Assembly: GCA_963713975.1 (NCBI GenBank) | Contig: OY970218.1 | Coordinates: 1,856,001 to 1,920,000 of the forward strand | Direction of reading: 5' to 3' | Source of the DNA: an uncultured Chloroflexia bacterium | GTDB lineage: Bacteria; Chloroflexota; Limnocylindria; Limnocylindrales; CSP1-4 | Length of the DNA stretch: 64,000 nt | Shown here: positions 47,870 to 56,650 of the stretch, piece by piece | Layout of the letters: each line of letters starts with the position of its first letter | How positions within the stretch are numbered: position 1 is the stretch's first letter | Program-made: the position numbers and the translations under genes | The notes under the pieces: generated by a model | The model's input: the letters and a program-made list of their open reading frames with translations, nothing else | Told to the model about the DNA's origin: nothing | Database searches by the model: none

Positions 47870-49500
47870 CAAACCCCGGCGCGCCTGCCGGTCGATCGGC
47901 GCCGTACTCGCCGGTAGGCATCCAGAGCTTCGACCGAACCGTCGAACGTGTAGGTGTGCGTCCGTGAGACTCCCGGGACGCCCCGTGGGTCGATGGTGCC
48001 GACCGGGTGCTCCGCATACGCGTCGGGCGTGAGCATCGTGATCTCGGACAGGACGATGCGCCCGCCATACTCCTCGGAACAGTCCTGTCCGGGTCGGATC
48101 ATCGCCTCACCAAGCCTGAAGATGCGTCCCGCGGGTCGCGCGCGCCGGACGTCCGCCACCACGGGGTTGAGTGGATGAGGGTGCCACAGGTCGGTGATCG
48201 TCGCCGCGAAGTAGGCATGAAGCTCGTCCCACGGGTTCATGCCCTTCCCCGTCACCGCGACGAACAGCCAGTACCGGCCTTCGTGAAACAGGAGCGTCGG
48301 GTCGGACGCAGGAATGCCGTCGAGACACCGTGCCAGGCGCTCCGGAGCGGTGCCCGGGCCGGTATCCCTGAACACGTCCACGCCGCCAGCCCTGCCGCTG
48401 TCGGGCGTGAGGAGCAGCCCGACGTCAGTATGGAGAACGTGCGGGTAGGCCCGGTGCTCCAGGTCCTCGAGCACGATCCGCTCCATGGCCCACTCGCCCC
48501 CGGAGCTCCTTCCCAGGACCGTGATCCGGCCCCGATGGGCGGCATCGGGAGAATCCTCGACGAAGATCCGCGGCCCCTGGGGGGTGTCCACCACGAACGG
48601 GTCGGCATAGAAGCGACCCGCGGGCGGCTCGATCGCACGGAACCCGGCAAGGTCCACCGGCGGCACGCCGTCAGGATCCCGCTCTCGCGCCAGGACGCAC
48701 CACTCAGCGCGATACAGGAGGCGGTCAAGCGCCTTGAGCAGCACCGTGGCCGCGAGTCCCGTGAAGGGTGCACCGGAGCGAACGAACGCGTCGGGCTTGT
48801 CGGCGCTCGCGGCGACCTGTGTGTCGACCACCGCCGACGGCACCGCGTGGCCGGCCGCCAGCAGGGCAAGCCGTCGGGCCGGCAGGAGCGACGATCGCCA
48901 GTACAAGGCGTCGCGATCGCGTGCGAAGCCGATGCGATGGAGTGACCCGATCCCGGTTCCGGTCTCGACCCACTCCCCGCTGGGGAGGCGGATCGACAGC
49001 AGTGACTCGACAAGCCCGACACGGGAGGCGGGTCGGACCAGCCGGGTTCCCCGAGGGCCCCCGATGCTCGAACCGAACCGCAGCCGCCACCAGCCCTGCG
49101 GGGGGATCGCCCTCGGCACGCCGATCGCAGCCGGGGCGAGGTCGATGAGGATGTCCGCCGCAGCGTCACGGATGGCGTCGGCCTCCGCCGCGATACTGGC
49201 ATTTCGGATGGTCCGGATTCCCGGCGCCGCGATGTCAACGGAGCGAGCCGCGAGCGCCGACGGACCGCCGCGGAGGGCCCGACGCTCGAGCGACGTGTAG
49301 GTCGATTCGAGGATGTGCCGTGGACCGCCCCCCTCCGGGCGTCGTCGCCCCACCGGTCCCGTGGCATGGACGAGGACCACCGCTGCCCCCGCGACCTTGA
49401 GGATCTCCTCCACGGCGGCTGCCACGAACGCGGGAACCGGGCCCCCTGGGATCCGCAGGGCGACCCGGACCGGTGGTCGAGCGACGTGGTGGTCCGTCAT
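47869..49500 (-). CDS. Polysaccharide-associated protein with C-terminal beta-propeller (GINT1 N-terminal/GH43-like)
   Basis: FYADPF, AYPH, DPTL, DELH, HPLNPV, RPAG, RPGQDC..YG, HTY. Confidence 0.7.
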   Translation of the reverse strand: MTDHHVARPPVRVALRIPGGPVPAFVAAAVEEILKVAGAAVVLVHATGPVGRRRPEGGGPRHILESTYTSLERRALRGGPSALAARSVDIAAPGIRTIRNASIAAEADAIRDAAADILIDLAPAAIGVPRAIPPQGWWRLRFGSSIGGPRGTRLVRPASRVGLVESLLSIRLPSGEWVETGTGIGSLHRIGFARDRDALYWRSSLLPARRLALLAAGHAVPSAVVDTQVAASADKPDAFVRSGAPFTGLAATVLLKALDRLLYRAEWCVLARERDPDGVPPVDLAGFRAIEPPAGRFYADPFVVDTPQGPRIFVEDSPDAAHRGRITVLGRSSGGEWAMERIVLEDLEHRAYPHVLHTDVGLLLTPDSGRAGGVDVFRDTGPGTAPERLARCLDGIPASDPTLLFHEGRYWLFVAVTGKGMNPWDELHAYFAATITDLWHPHPLNPVVADVRRARPAGRIFRLGEAMIRPGQDCSEEYGGRIVLSEITMLTPDAYAEHPVGTIDPRGVPGVSRTHTYTFDGSVEALDAYRRVRRRSTGRRAGV

Positions 49501-49569
49501 TGGACGGAAAGCGTATCGCGCCGTCCGCTGAGGATCGGCGCGATACGTCCGGGTTGCCGAGGTCGGAGG

Positions 49570-51528
49570 CTAGAGGCGGGTGATGCGGACGTTGCCTGAG
49601 AACGTGATGCCCTTGGAGTCGATGATCTCGCAGACGGCAGAGGCGTCCGAGGTGTTGTTGACGATGCGGACGCTGCTGGTGTTCATCACCACGATCCCCA
49701 GTTTGTCACCGGTCGTGTTCTGGATCACCAGCGACGGCTTCATCGTGCCGAGGTAGCCCCAGCCGGCAGAGATCGCATAGCCGTACCCGGCTGCCGCAAT
49801 CTGGGACGGGGACCGGATGTCGACCCCGTCGATGATCGTCCTGCTGCTGCCAGCCTCGGTGGCGTCGTTTGGCTCGATGTCGATGCCGTGGAGACCCGTG
49901 TAGGCGATCTTGCCGCCCCTGATGGTGACCTCGCCACCGACCGGCGCGATGCCGTTGCGGCCGGCCCGCTGGACGTCCGGGTTGTTGATCACGACGCCCG
50001 TCGGCGGCACGGTCCGGCCAGCCTGGTAGCCCGTGAAGATGCCGTCACCTCGCGTGTTGCGCGTGACCGGGTTGTTGAGCGTGATGTTCGAGCCACCCTC
50101 GATGTCGATGCCATGCTCCCACTGGGTCGAGTTGGCGAAGGTGTAGCCCGTGCCATAGACGGTCGGGGAGTTGAGGACGACGTTGCTCGATCCCACGAGC
50201 TTCAGGATGCCGAAGGCACCGACCTGGCTCCCCTGGATTCGTGCCCCACGGAAGTCGACGGTGAGGTTCGAGGCCGTGAAGGAGAGCTGGGTCACCTTGT
50301 AGACGCCGTTGGCTGCGAGGGCGACCTTCTGGCCGTTATGCGACTGGAGGAACGACCGGAGGGCGCTCGTGACATCGGTGGCGCCCGTGGCGTCGCCCGT
50401 GAAGATGGCGGCGTAGGTGCTCGCCGGGGCCAGGGTGGGCGTTGGCGCCGGAGTGGCAGTCGGCGCAGCCGTCGGGGCCGCGGTCGGCTTGGCCGTCGGG
50501 GCCGCTGTCGGCTTGGCCGTCGGGGCCGCGGTCGGCGCAGCCGTTGGTGCAGCGGTCGGCGCAGCCGGCGGAGCGCTCGTGGGCGCAGCCGTGGGTGCAG
50601 CCGTCGGATCCGGCGCCGGTGCGCTGCCATCCGACTCCGTGACCTCGAACACGCGACGCATGAGGTGCTCACCGCCCGGCCCAAAGGTGTTGATCTCGTG
50701 GGGGCCGACCGTCGCGCCGGCCGGAATGGTGACGGTGACCTTGGCGGTGCCATTGGGTGCCGTCTTGTAGGTGGGCATGCCGTCGGCGGAGTCATCGAAC
50801 CTGATCGCGCCGCTGGTGCTCCCCGCGAACCCGGAGAGCGAGAGGACCGTCCTGCTTCCTGCAGGACCGATGTCGGACGACAGGAGCACCTTGGGCGTGC
50901 CCTGCGCGACGTCCTTGACGGGTGCCTTCCTGTCGCTCTGGGTCGCCAGCGATCCGGAGCGGACCACGAAGGCGTCGACGGCCACCGTCGGGTGCGCCGG
51001 CGTTCCGAGGACCCGGATCTTGATGCGGTGCGTGCCGGCCTTTGTCCATGCCATCCGGAACAGGACGCGAGCGGCCTTGAATGACCCGGCGTACGTGTTG
51101 ACCGTCTTGACCAGCTTCCCGTCGATGTACACCTTCGCCTTGCCCCGGGTGGGTCCCATCGGACCGATCCAGGCAATCCCGGAGCCGGTGAAGGTCATGG
51201 CGGCCGTGGACCCGCGCGTCGTGGCGAAGCGGACATGGCCGCCCATGTGGCGGCTTGAATCGGCCCGGCGCCAGCCGCCGGCGTAGCGGATCCTGGCACT
51301 GGCCTCGCTGTAGGTCCTCGTCGTCGAGGACCCGCCCCAGTTGGCGACCAGGCTGCTCGCCGACGCGGTGGCGGCATTCGCGTCGACCACGGGGACGGCC
51401 ACGGCACCAAGGGCAAGGATCATGACCCCCGTCGCCAGCCAGTGCTTGATCCTGCTCCCGGACCGCTGCGGAGTGATTCCTCGGGGCTTGGCGCCTTCAT
51501 CAATCCAGCGCTCGCCATCCCAGAACAT
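49570..51528 (-). CDS. Secreted multidomain protein: carbohydrate-binding-like domain, Ig-like domain, PTAA linker, beta-helix
   Basis: Signal/TM segment, FTGSGIAWIG..RGKAKVYIDG, PTAA repeats, C-terminus paralogous to 46796-47869; GAAAGGGAG RBS. Confidence 0.8.
   Translation of the reverse strand: MFWDGERWIDEGAKPRGITPQRSGSRIKHWLATGVMILALGAVAVPVVDANAATASASSLVANWGGSSTTRTYSEASARIRYAGGWRRADSSRHMGGHVRFATTRGSTAAMTFTGSGIAWIGPMGPTRGKAKVYIDGKLVKTVNTYAGSFKAARVLFRMAWTKAGTHRIKIRVLGTPAHPTVAVDAFVVRSGSLATQSDRKAPVKDVAQGTPKVLLSSDIGPAGSRTVLSLSGFAGSTSGAIRFDDSADGMPTYKTAPNGTAKVTVTIPAGATVGPHEINTFGPGGEHLMRRVFEVTESDGSAPAPDPTAAPTAAPTSAPPAAPTAAPTAAPTAAPTAKPTAAPTAKPTAAPTAAPTATPAPTPTLAPASTYAAIFTGDATGATDVTSALRSFLQSHNGQKVALAANGVYKVTQLSFTASNLTVDFRGARIQGSQVGAFGILKLVGSSNVVLNSPTVYGTGYTFANSTQWEHGIDIEGGSNITLNNPVTRNTRGDGIFTGYQAGRTVPPTGVVINNPDVQRAGRNGIAPVGGEVTIRGGKIAYTGLHGIDIEPNDATEAGSSRTIIDGVDIRSPSQIAAAGYGYAISAGWGYLGTMKPSLVIQNTTGDKLGIVVMNTSSVRIVNNTSDASAVCEIIDSKGITFSGNVRITRL
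50449..50610 (-). repeat. Coding 12-bp tandem repeat (PTAA/PTAK linker)
   Basis: About 13 degenerate 4-codon units; boundaries approximate. Confidence 0.85.
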
Positions 51529-51535
51529 GGTGACT

Positions 51536-51614
51536 CCCTTTCGGCAACCCGGCTGACTCGGAGAGTCCCGTGGCTTTGCGGCCCCGCCTCGCGACGGGTG
51601 TGCCATTTCGTGGG
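51536..51614 (-). ncRNA. c-di-GMP-I (GEMM) riboswitch
   Basis: Minus strand CCCACGAAAUGGCACACCCGUC-GCGA-GGCGGGGCCGCAAAGCCACGGGACUCUCCGAGUCAGCCGGGUUGCCGAAAGGG matches the GEMM consensus and ends 7 nt before the ATG. Confidence 0.9.
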
Positions 51615-51812
51615 CCGACCGCCAGGGCATGCGGCCAACCAGAGGAGTGTGTCCCGGGCGGTCGGAAACCGCCATGGTGAGATGGTCCGGGCCCGGCGTC
51701 GCATTCCCCGACCGAAGGTCCCGCCCGCGCACCGCCTGTGGGCTGTGCGGTGCGGTCCGGGGAACAACGACCGATCGGATCGCCGTGGATCGCGCGTGTA
51801 GACTACGGCGCG

Positions 51813-52583
51813 ATGTCGAGAACTCCGGGCCAGTGGTGGACGGAGCTCACGGGGGACGGGCGCCCATGGTCGCTCCGTCATCCCGTCGAGCAGGTCCACC
51901 ACATCACGCACCTCCTCCGCGGGCGCCGCTCGGCGAGCCGCGGGAACGCCCTGACCGGCCGGGTGCTCGCGACGTGGGACCAGGCGGCGTTCGTGGAGCG
52001 CTTCCGTTCGTTCTGGGACCCCTTTCCGACGAAGAGGGCGCCGAAGTACCTCGACCTCGAGTACTTCCTGCACGACTCCGCGACGCGCTGCTTCTCCCTC
52101 GGGATGTTCGACGACGGCCGGCCGAAGCGCGTGCTCGACCTGGGCTGCGGTCCCGGCTACTTCCTGAGCCTGTGCAGGGAGCTCGGTCACGAGGTGGTGG
52201 GGATCGACCTTGACGATGAGCCGCTCTACAACGAGCTGATCGAATTTCAGGAGCTGCGACGGATCGTGCACCCGGTGACACCCGCAGCGCCGTTGCCGCC
52301 GCTCGACGAGGCGTTCGACATCGTGTCCGCGTTCGGGGTGACCTTCAACTTCGCGCCCGGTCCTGAGGGACGACCGTGGGCCGCGAGCGACTGGATGCTG
52401 GCGATCGATGGCTTCCTGGGTGTCGTGGCACCCGGTGGCAAGATCGTGATCCACTTCAACCGGGAGCCGCTCACGGGACGCCTGTTCCCGCCCGGCCTGC
52501 GCCGCCGGTTGGGCCGACGCGACGACATCCGCGCCCGGTTCTTCGGCGAGCACCTGGTGATCGAGCGCCTGAACCTGACCTGA
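51813..52583 (+). CDS. Class I SAM-dependent methyltransferase
   Basis: RVLDLGCGPG, VVGIDL, FDIV, PGG. Confidence 0.85.
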   Translation: MSRTPGQWWTELTGDGRPWSLRHPVEQVHHITHLLRGRRSASRGNALTGRVLATWDQAAFVERFRSFWDPFPTKRAPKYLDLEYFLHDSATRCFSLGMFDDGRPKRVLDLGCGPGYFLSLCRELGHEVVGIDLDDEPLYNELIEFQELRRIVHPVTPAAPLPPLDEAFDIVSAFGVTFNFAPGPEGRPWAASDWMLAIDGFLGVVAPGGKIVIHFNREPLTGRLFPPGLRRRLGRRDDIRARFFGEHLVIERLNLT

Positions 52584-52611
52584 TCGCTATCGCGTACTGA
52601 GGGGATACCCG

Positions 52612-53592
52612 ATGCCGGACGAGATCTCGAAGCCGACGTACACGTTCACCGTCTACACGGGCACGAGGAACCGCGCTCGGACCCTCCATCGTCCCTACGA
52701 GAGCCTCAGATCCCAGACGTTCCGGGACTTCGAATGGCTCGTCGTGGACAACGAGTCCACGGACGGCACCGCGGAGATGATCGCGAAGTGGCAGGAGGAG
52801 GCGGACTTCCCGATCCGGTACATCCGTCACGCGAACCGCGGCCATCATGGTTCGTCGAACGTGGCGGTCCGGGAGGCGCGCGGCGAGCTGTTCCTGACGC
52901 TGGATTCCGACGACGGCGCGGTGCCGGAGGCGATGGAGCGGTTCAAGGCGATCTGGGACGCGATCCCGGCCGATCGTCGCCAGCGCTACGCGGGTGTCAC
53001 CGCCCTTGCCGTGGATGAGAACGGGGCGCCGACCGGCGACCAGTACCCGGCTGACATCTTCGATTCGAACGCGACGGAGGTGTACTACCGCTACCGGGTC
53101 CTGGGCGAGAAGTGGGGCTTCGAGCGCACCGACGTCATGCGTGAGTTCCCGTATCCCACTGTGCCCGGCTACACGGGGATGATGTCCAGCCATCTCGTGT
53201 GGGGCGCCATCGGTCGCCGGTACCTCACCCGCTGCGTGAACGAGTACCTCGGCGTCGTGTACTTCGACCAGCCGGACACACTCACGAAAGGGGTCCGTGA
53301 CCTGACCCGGAACGCACTGGGCGAGCGGATGGAGGCCGGCGCGGTCATCAACGACCACCTGCGCTACCTCCAGTACGCGCCTCTGAAGTACTACCTGAAG
53401 GCGGCGAAGTACTCGCGCAGCGGTCTCTGGGCAGGCGAGGGGTTCGCGACCCAGGTGCGCCTGCTCGAGCGGCCGGAGGCGAAGCTGCTGTGGCTCGCGG
53501 CCCTGCCCGTTGGCGTGGCCGTCTACCTGCTTGAGCGCTCGGGCCTGTCGCGCTACATTCCGGGTCGCGACCGCCGCGGCATCGCTCGCTAG
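52612..53592 (+). CDS. GT2-family glycosyltransferase
   Basis: FTVYTGTRNR, EWLVVDNESTDGT, LDSDD, GEKW. Confidence 0.92.
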   Translation: MPDEISKPTYTFTVYTGTRNRARTLHRPYESLRSQTFRDFEWLVVDNESTDGTAEMIAKWQEEADFPIRYIRHANRGHHGSSNVAVREARGELFLTLDSDDGAVPEAMERFKAIWDAIPADRRQRYAGVTALAVDENGAPTGDQYPADIFDSNATEVYYRYRVLGEKWGFERTDVMREFPYPTVPGYTGMMSSHLVWGAIGRRYLTRCVNEYLGVVYFDQPDTLTKGVRDLTRNALGERMEAGAVINDHLRYLQYAPLKYYLKAAKYSRSGLWAGEGFATQVRLLERPEAKLLWLAALPVGVAVYLLERSGLSRYIPGRDRRGIAR

Positions 53593-53642
53593 ACGGCCAT
53601 GGCCCCGGCACCCGCGCAGCCTGCCCCGCGAGGCCCGCAGCC

Positions 53643-54254
53643 ATGACGTTCTCGGAATACGCCTACCTCGTCTGGTCCGACCTGTACCGGATCAGGGGCG
53701 ATGTCCTGGTCCTGGCCCTGCTCCATCAGCTCCTGCTTGGGGAGACCTTCAAGTTCACCTTCTGGCTCCGCACCTGCTCGTGGATGCGCACGCATGCTGC
53801 CCTCCGCTTCACGACGCTGCCCTTCGCGGTGTGGATGCTGAACCGGCAGCGCTACAAGCTCCTCATTTCGATCAGCCCCCGCACCGAGATCGGCAGTGGC
53901 CTCTACATCGGCCACTTCTCCGGCATCTTCGTGAATGCCGACTGCCGGATCGGCAAGAACTGCAACCTCTCCCAGGGCGTGACCCTGGGGCCGGCCAATC
54001 GCGGCGAGCGGAAGGGCTGTCCGGTCATCGGCGACAACGTCTACATCGGCCCGGGTGCCAAGATCGTGGGCAAGGTCGTCATCGGCAACAACGTGGCCGT
54101 CGGCGCGAACTGCGTGGTCACCAAGGACGTGCCCGACAATGCCGTGGTCGTCGGGGTGCCCGGGAGGGTGATCTCGTTCAAAGGCTCGGAAGGCTACATC
54201 GACCGCACCGACTACGACACGAGACTGCGCCGTCGGTCCGGCCTCGCGGCCTGA
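53643..54254 (+). CDS. Serine-acetyltransferase-like hexapeptide O-acetyltransferase (WcaB-like)
   Basis: IGSGLYIGH, IGKNCNLSQGVTLG, PVIGDNVYIG, VVGVPGR. Confidence 0.9.
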   Translation: MTFSEYAYLVWSDLYRIRGDVLVLALLHQLLLGETFKFTFWLRTCSWMRTHAALRFTTLPFAVWMLNRQRYKLLISISPRTEIGSGLYIGHFSGIFVNADCRIGKNCNLSQGVTLGPANRGERKGCPVIGDNVYIGPGAKIVGKVVIGNNVAVGANCVVTKDVPDNAVVVGVPGRVISFKGSEGYIDRTDYDTRLRRRSGLAA

Positions 54255-54318
54255 GCGGGCACGTCGCGCCGGGAGGCAGGGCCACCCGAGGCCGGGCGAC
54301 CCGGTCGAGCTGGCTCCG

Positions 54319-55497
54319 TCAGGCGCGGCGCCCGGCCAGAAGGTCCCAGTAGATCCGCTCCAGGTCGTCCACGAGCCGCTCCACGCCGAACCGCTCGGCC
54401 GACGCCGGGGCGGCCCCTCCCAGTCGCAGGCGCAGCTCCTCATCGTCGACGAGGCGGAGCAGGGCGTCGGTGAATGCGGCCTCGTCGTCCACGGGCGCGA
54501 GCAATCCCGTCCTCTCGTCGGCGACGACATCGGCGACACCACCGACGGCCGTCGCCACGGCCGGCCGGCCGGCTGCGGCCGCCTCGATGATCGCCAGCGG
54601 CGTGCCCTCATTGTCCGAGGAGAGTGCCACGAAGTCCGCTGCCGAGACCCAGGCGGGAATGTCCGACTGCCAGCCGCAGAAGACGACGCTGTCGCCCAGC
54701 CCTGCCTCGGCGGCCTGGGCCTCGGCGGCCTGGCGCTCGGAGCCGTCCCCGATGATGTAGAGGCGTGTCGCCGGCCGCTGCGCGTGCACGGACGCGAAGG
54801 CGCGGATCATGCGATCGACACGCTTGATCGGGACCAGCCGCCCCACGAGCACGATGACGACGCCGTCGGCCGGAATTCCGAGCCGGGTCCGTGCCTCGCT
54901 GCGATCGGTTGCCCGAAAGCGCTCCAGGTCCAGGCCGAGAGGGACCGTCTCGAAGCGGTCCGGCCGGCCGATGCCGCGGGCCAGCAGGTCGGCACGCTGG
55001 AGCGGTGAGATCGCGATGAGGCGCGAGGTCCGCATCGCCAGCAGCCGCTCGGCCATCACGATGCCGGCGGAGACCCGAGGGCTGAAGTAGCCTTCGAAGA
55101 CGTGGCCATGGAACGTGTGGACACAGGGGATGCCGGCGAGATTCGCGACCGCGCGGCCCAGCAGCCCGGCCTTGGAGTGGTGGGTGTGGATGATGTCCGG
55201 CCGGTAGCGCCGGATGACCGCCAGCAGGTCGGCGGCCGCCCGCAGGTCGGCGACGGGGTCGATGGGGCGCGCAAGCGACTCCACCCGTTGCGTCGCTACG
55301 TCGTCCACCGGCAGCTCGATCTCGAGCTCGTCGGGCTGGATACGCCCATGGACCAGGAGCGTGTCCCAGCCGCGCCTGGTCAGAACCTGGTTGGCCAGGG
55401 TGACGTGGGTCGATACCCCGCTCACAGCAACACGGGTGATGACACGCATGACGCGAGGGCGTCTGCCCGGCCGTCTGCGGGTCTCGTCAACGGCCAT
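54319..55497 (-). CDS. GT4-family glycosyltransferase
   Basis: HTHHSKAG, HTFHGH, GRLVPIK, NEGTPLAIIEA. Confidence 0.93.
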   Translation of the reverse strand: MAVDETRRRPGRRPRVMRVITRVAVSGVSTHVTLANQVLTRRGWDTLLVHGRIQPDELEIELPVDDVATQRVESLARPIDPVADLRAAADLLAVIRRYRPDIIHTHHSKAGLLGRAVANLAGIPCVHTFHGHVFEGYFSPRVSAGIVMAERLLAMRTSRLIAISPLQRADLLARGIGRPDRFETVPLGLDLERFRATDRSEARTRLGIPADGVVIVLVGRLVPIKRVDRMIRAFASVHAQRPATRLYIIGDGSERQAAEAQAAEAGLGDSVVFCGWQSDIPAWVSAADFVALSSDNEGTPLAIIEAAAAGRPAVATAVGGVADVVADERTGLLAPVDDEAAFTDALLRLVDDEELRLRLGGAAPASAERFGVERLVDDLERIYWDLLAGRRA

Positions 55498-56650
55498 GGC
55501 GCACGCTCATCTCCTCGTACAGGGCCGCCGTCTCCGCGACGAACCGGTCGACCCCGAAGGTCCGTTCCACATGCACCCGTGCGTCATGCCCCAGGCGGCG
55601 GGCGAGATCAGGGTCAGCCAGGAGCCGCGTCAACGCCACTCCGAGCCCATGTGTGTCGCCGCGTGGGACGAGCAGTCCCGTGTGTTCGTGGATCACGATC
55701 TCGACCGTGCCGCCCGCTGCGGTCGCGGCGATCGGGAGGCCCGCGGCGGAGGCCTCGAGCAGGACGTTCGGCAGCCCTTCCGCCTCGGACGCGGAGACGA
55801 CCACGTCGAAGCCGTCGTAGAGCGGCCGAGCGTCGGGGACGGACCCGAGGAACCGGGCCCGTGCGAGACCGGCCACCGTGGCGGCGCGCTCGACGGCGGC
55901 GCGCTCCGGCCCGTCGCCGACGAAGACGAGCCAGGCGTCGGGCAGCAGGTGATCGATCGATGCCATCACGTCCACGACCATGGCCTGGCCCTTGCCCGGC
56001 TTGAACGTGCCCACGCATCCGACCACGGGCCCATCTCCCGTGACGCCCATCGCCGCCCGTGATGCCCGGCGGTGCGTCTCGTCGGCCAGGGGCGGGATCA
56101 CCACGCCGTTGTGGATCACCCTGATCCGCGAGGCGTCGACCCGCTCCCGGCCGGCGGTGTCCGCCGCCACCGCCTGGGAGTTCGCGACGATGACGTCCGC
56201 GGAACGACGGGCGAGCGCATCCACCGCACGCTCGACCGGGCCGAAGCGCGCCTTGAAGCCGCCGAGGCTCCGCCGTCCCGCAATCAGGACCGGCACCCGG
56301 GAGACGGGGCGCGTCAGCGCGGCCAGGCCGTAGCCGAGATACAGCCACGCGTCGACGATGTCGAACCGCTCGCGGCGGCACACGGCGGCGTACGCGGCCG
56401 CGTGCCGAGCCACCCTGGTGGCATACAGCGGCATCGGCAACCCGCCCCGATGGGGGGCGTCGAGCACGTGGATCCTCGCTCCCAGGTCCGCTGCCGTGTG
56501 GGCCATGGGCGTCGTGCCCAGGAGCAGCACGAACGACACCTCGAACCGATCGCGTGGCAGGTGCTCAGCCAGGAGCATCATCTGGCGCTCGGCGCCACCG
56601 GGCAGCAGCGTCGTCGGGTACATCACCTTCAGACGGTGCTCCACGCTCAC
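55487..56650 (-). CDS. GT4-family glycosyltransferase
   Basis: GGAERQ, VANSQAV, IHNGV, EGLPNVLLEA; GTGA overlap with flippase stop. Confidence 0.92.
   Translation of the reverse strand: MSVEHRLKVMYPTTLLPGGAERQMMLLAEHLPRDRFEVSFVLLLGTTPMAHTAADLGARIHVLDAPHRGGLPMPLYATRVARHAAAYAAVCRRERFDIVDAWLYLGYGLAALTRPVSRVPVLIAGRRSLGGFKARFGPVERAVDALARRSADVIVANSQAVAADTAGRERVDASRIRVIHNGVVIPPLADETHRRASRAAMGVTGDGPVVGCVGTFKPGKGQAMVVDVMASIDHLLPDAWLVFVGDGPERAAVERAATVAGLARARFLGSVPDARPLYDGFDVVVSASEAEGLPNVLLEASAAGLPIAATAAGGTVEIVIHEHTGLLVPRGDTHGLGVALTRLLADPDLARRLGHDARVHVERTFGVDRFVAETAALYEEMSVRHGR

Noticed and set aside
51536-51614. c-AMP-GMP (GEMM-Ib) riboswitch variant
   Set aside because: The position equivalent to nucleotide 20 is G, not A.
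53643-54254. cysE
   Set aside because: Lacks the CysE N-terminal domain and lies in a polysaccharide cluster; a sugar O-acetyltransferase is more likely.
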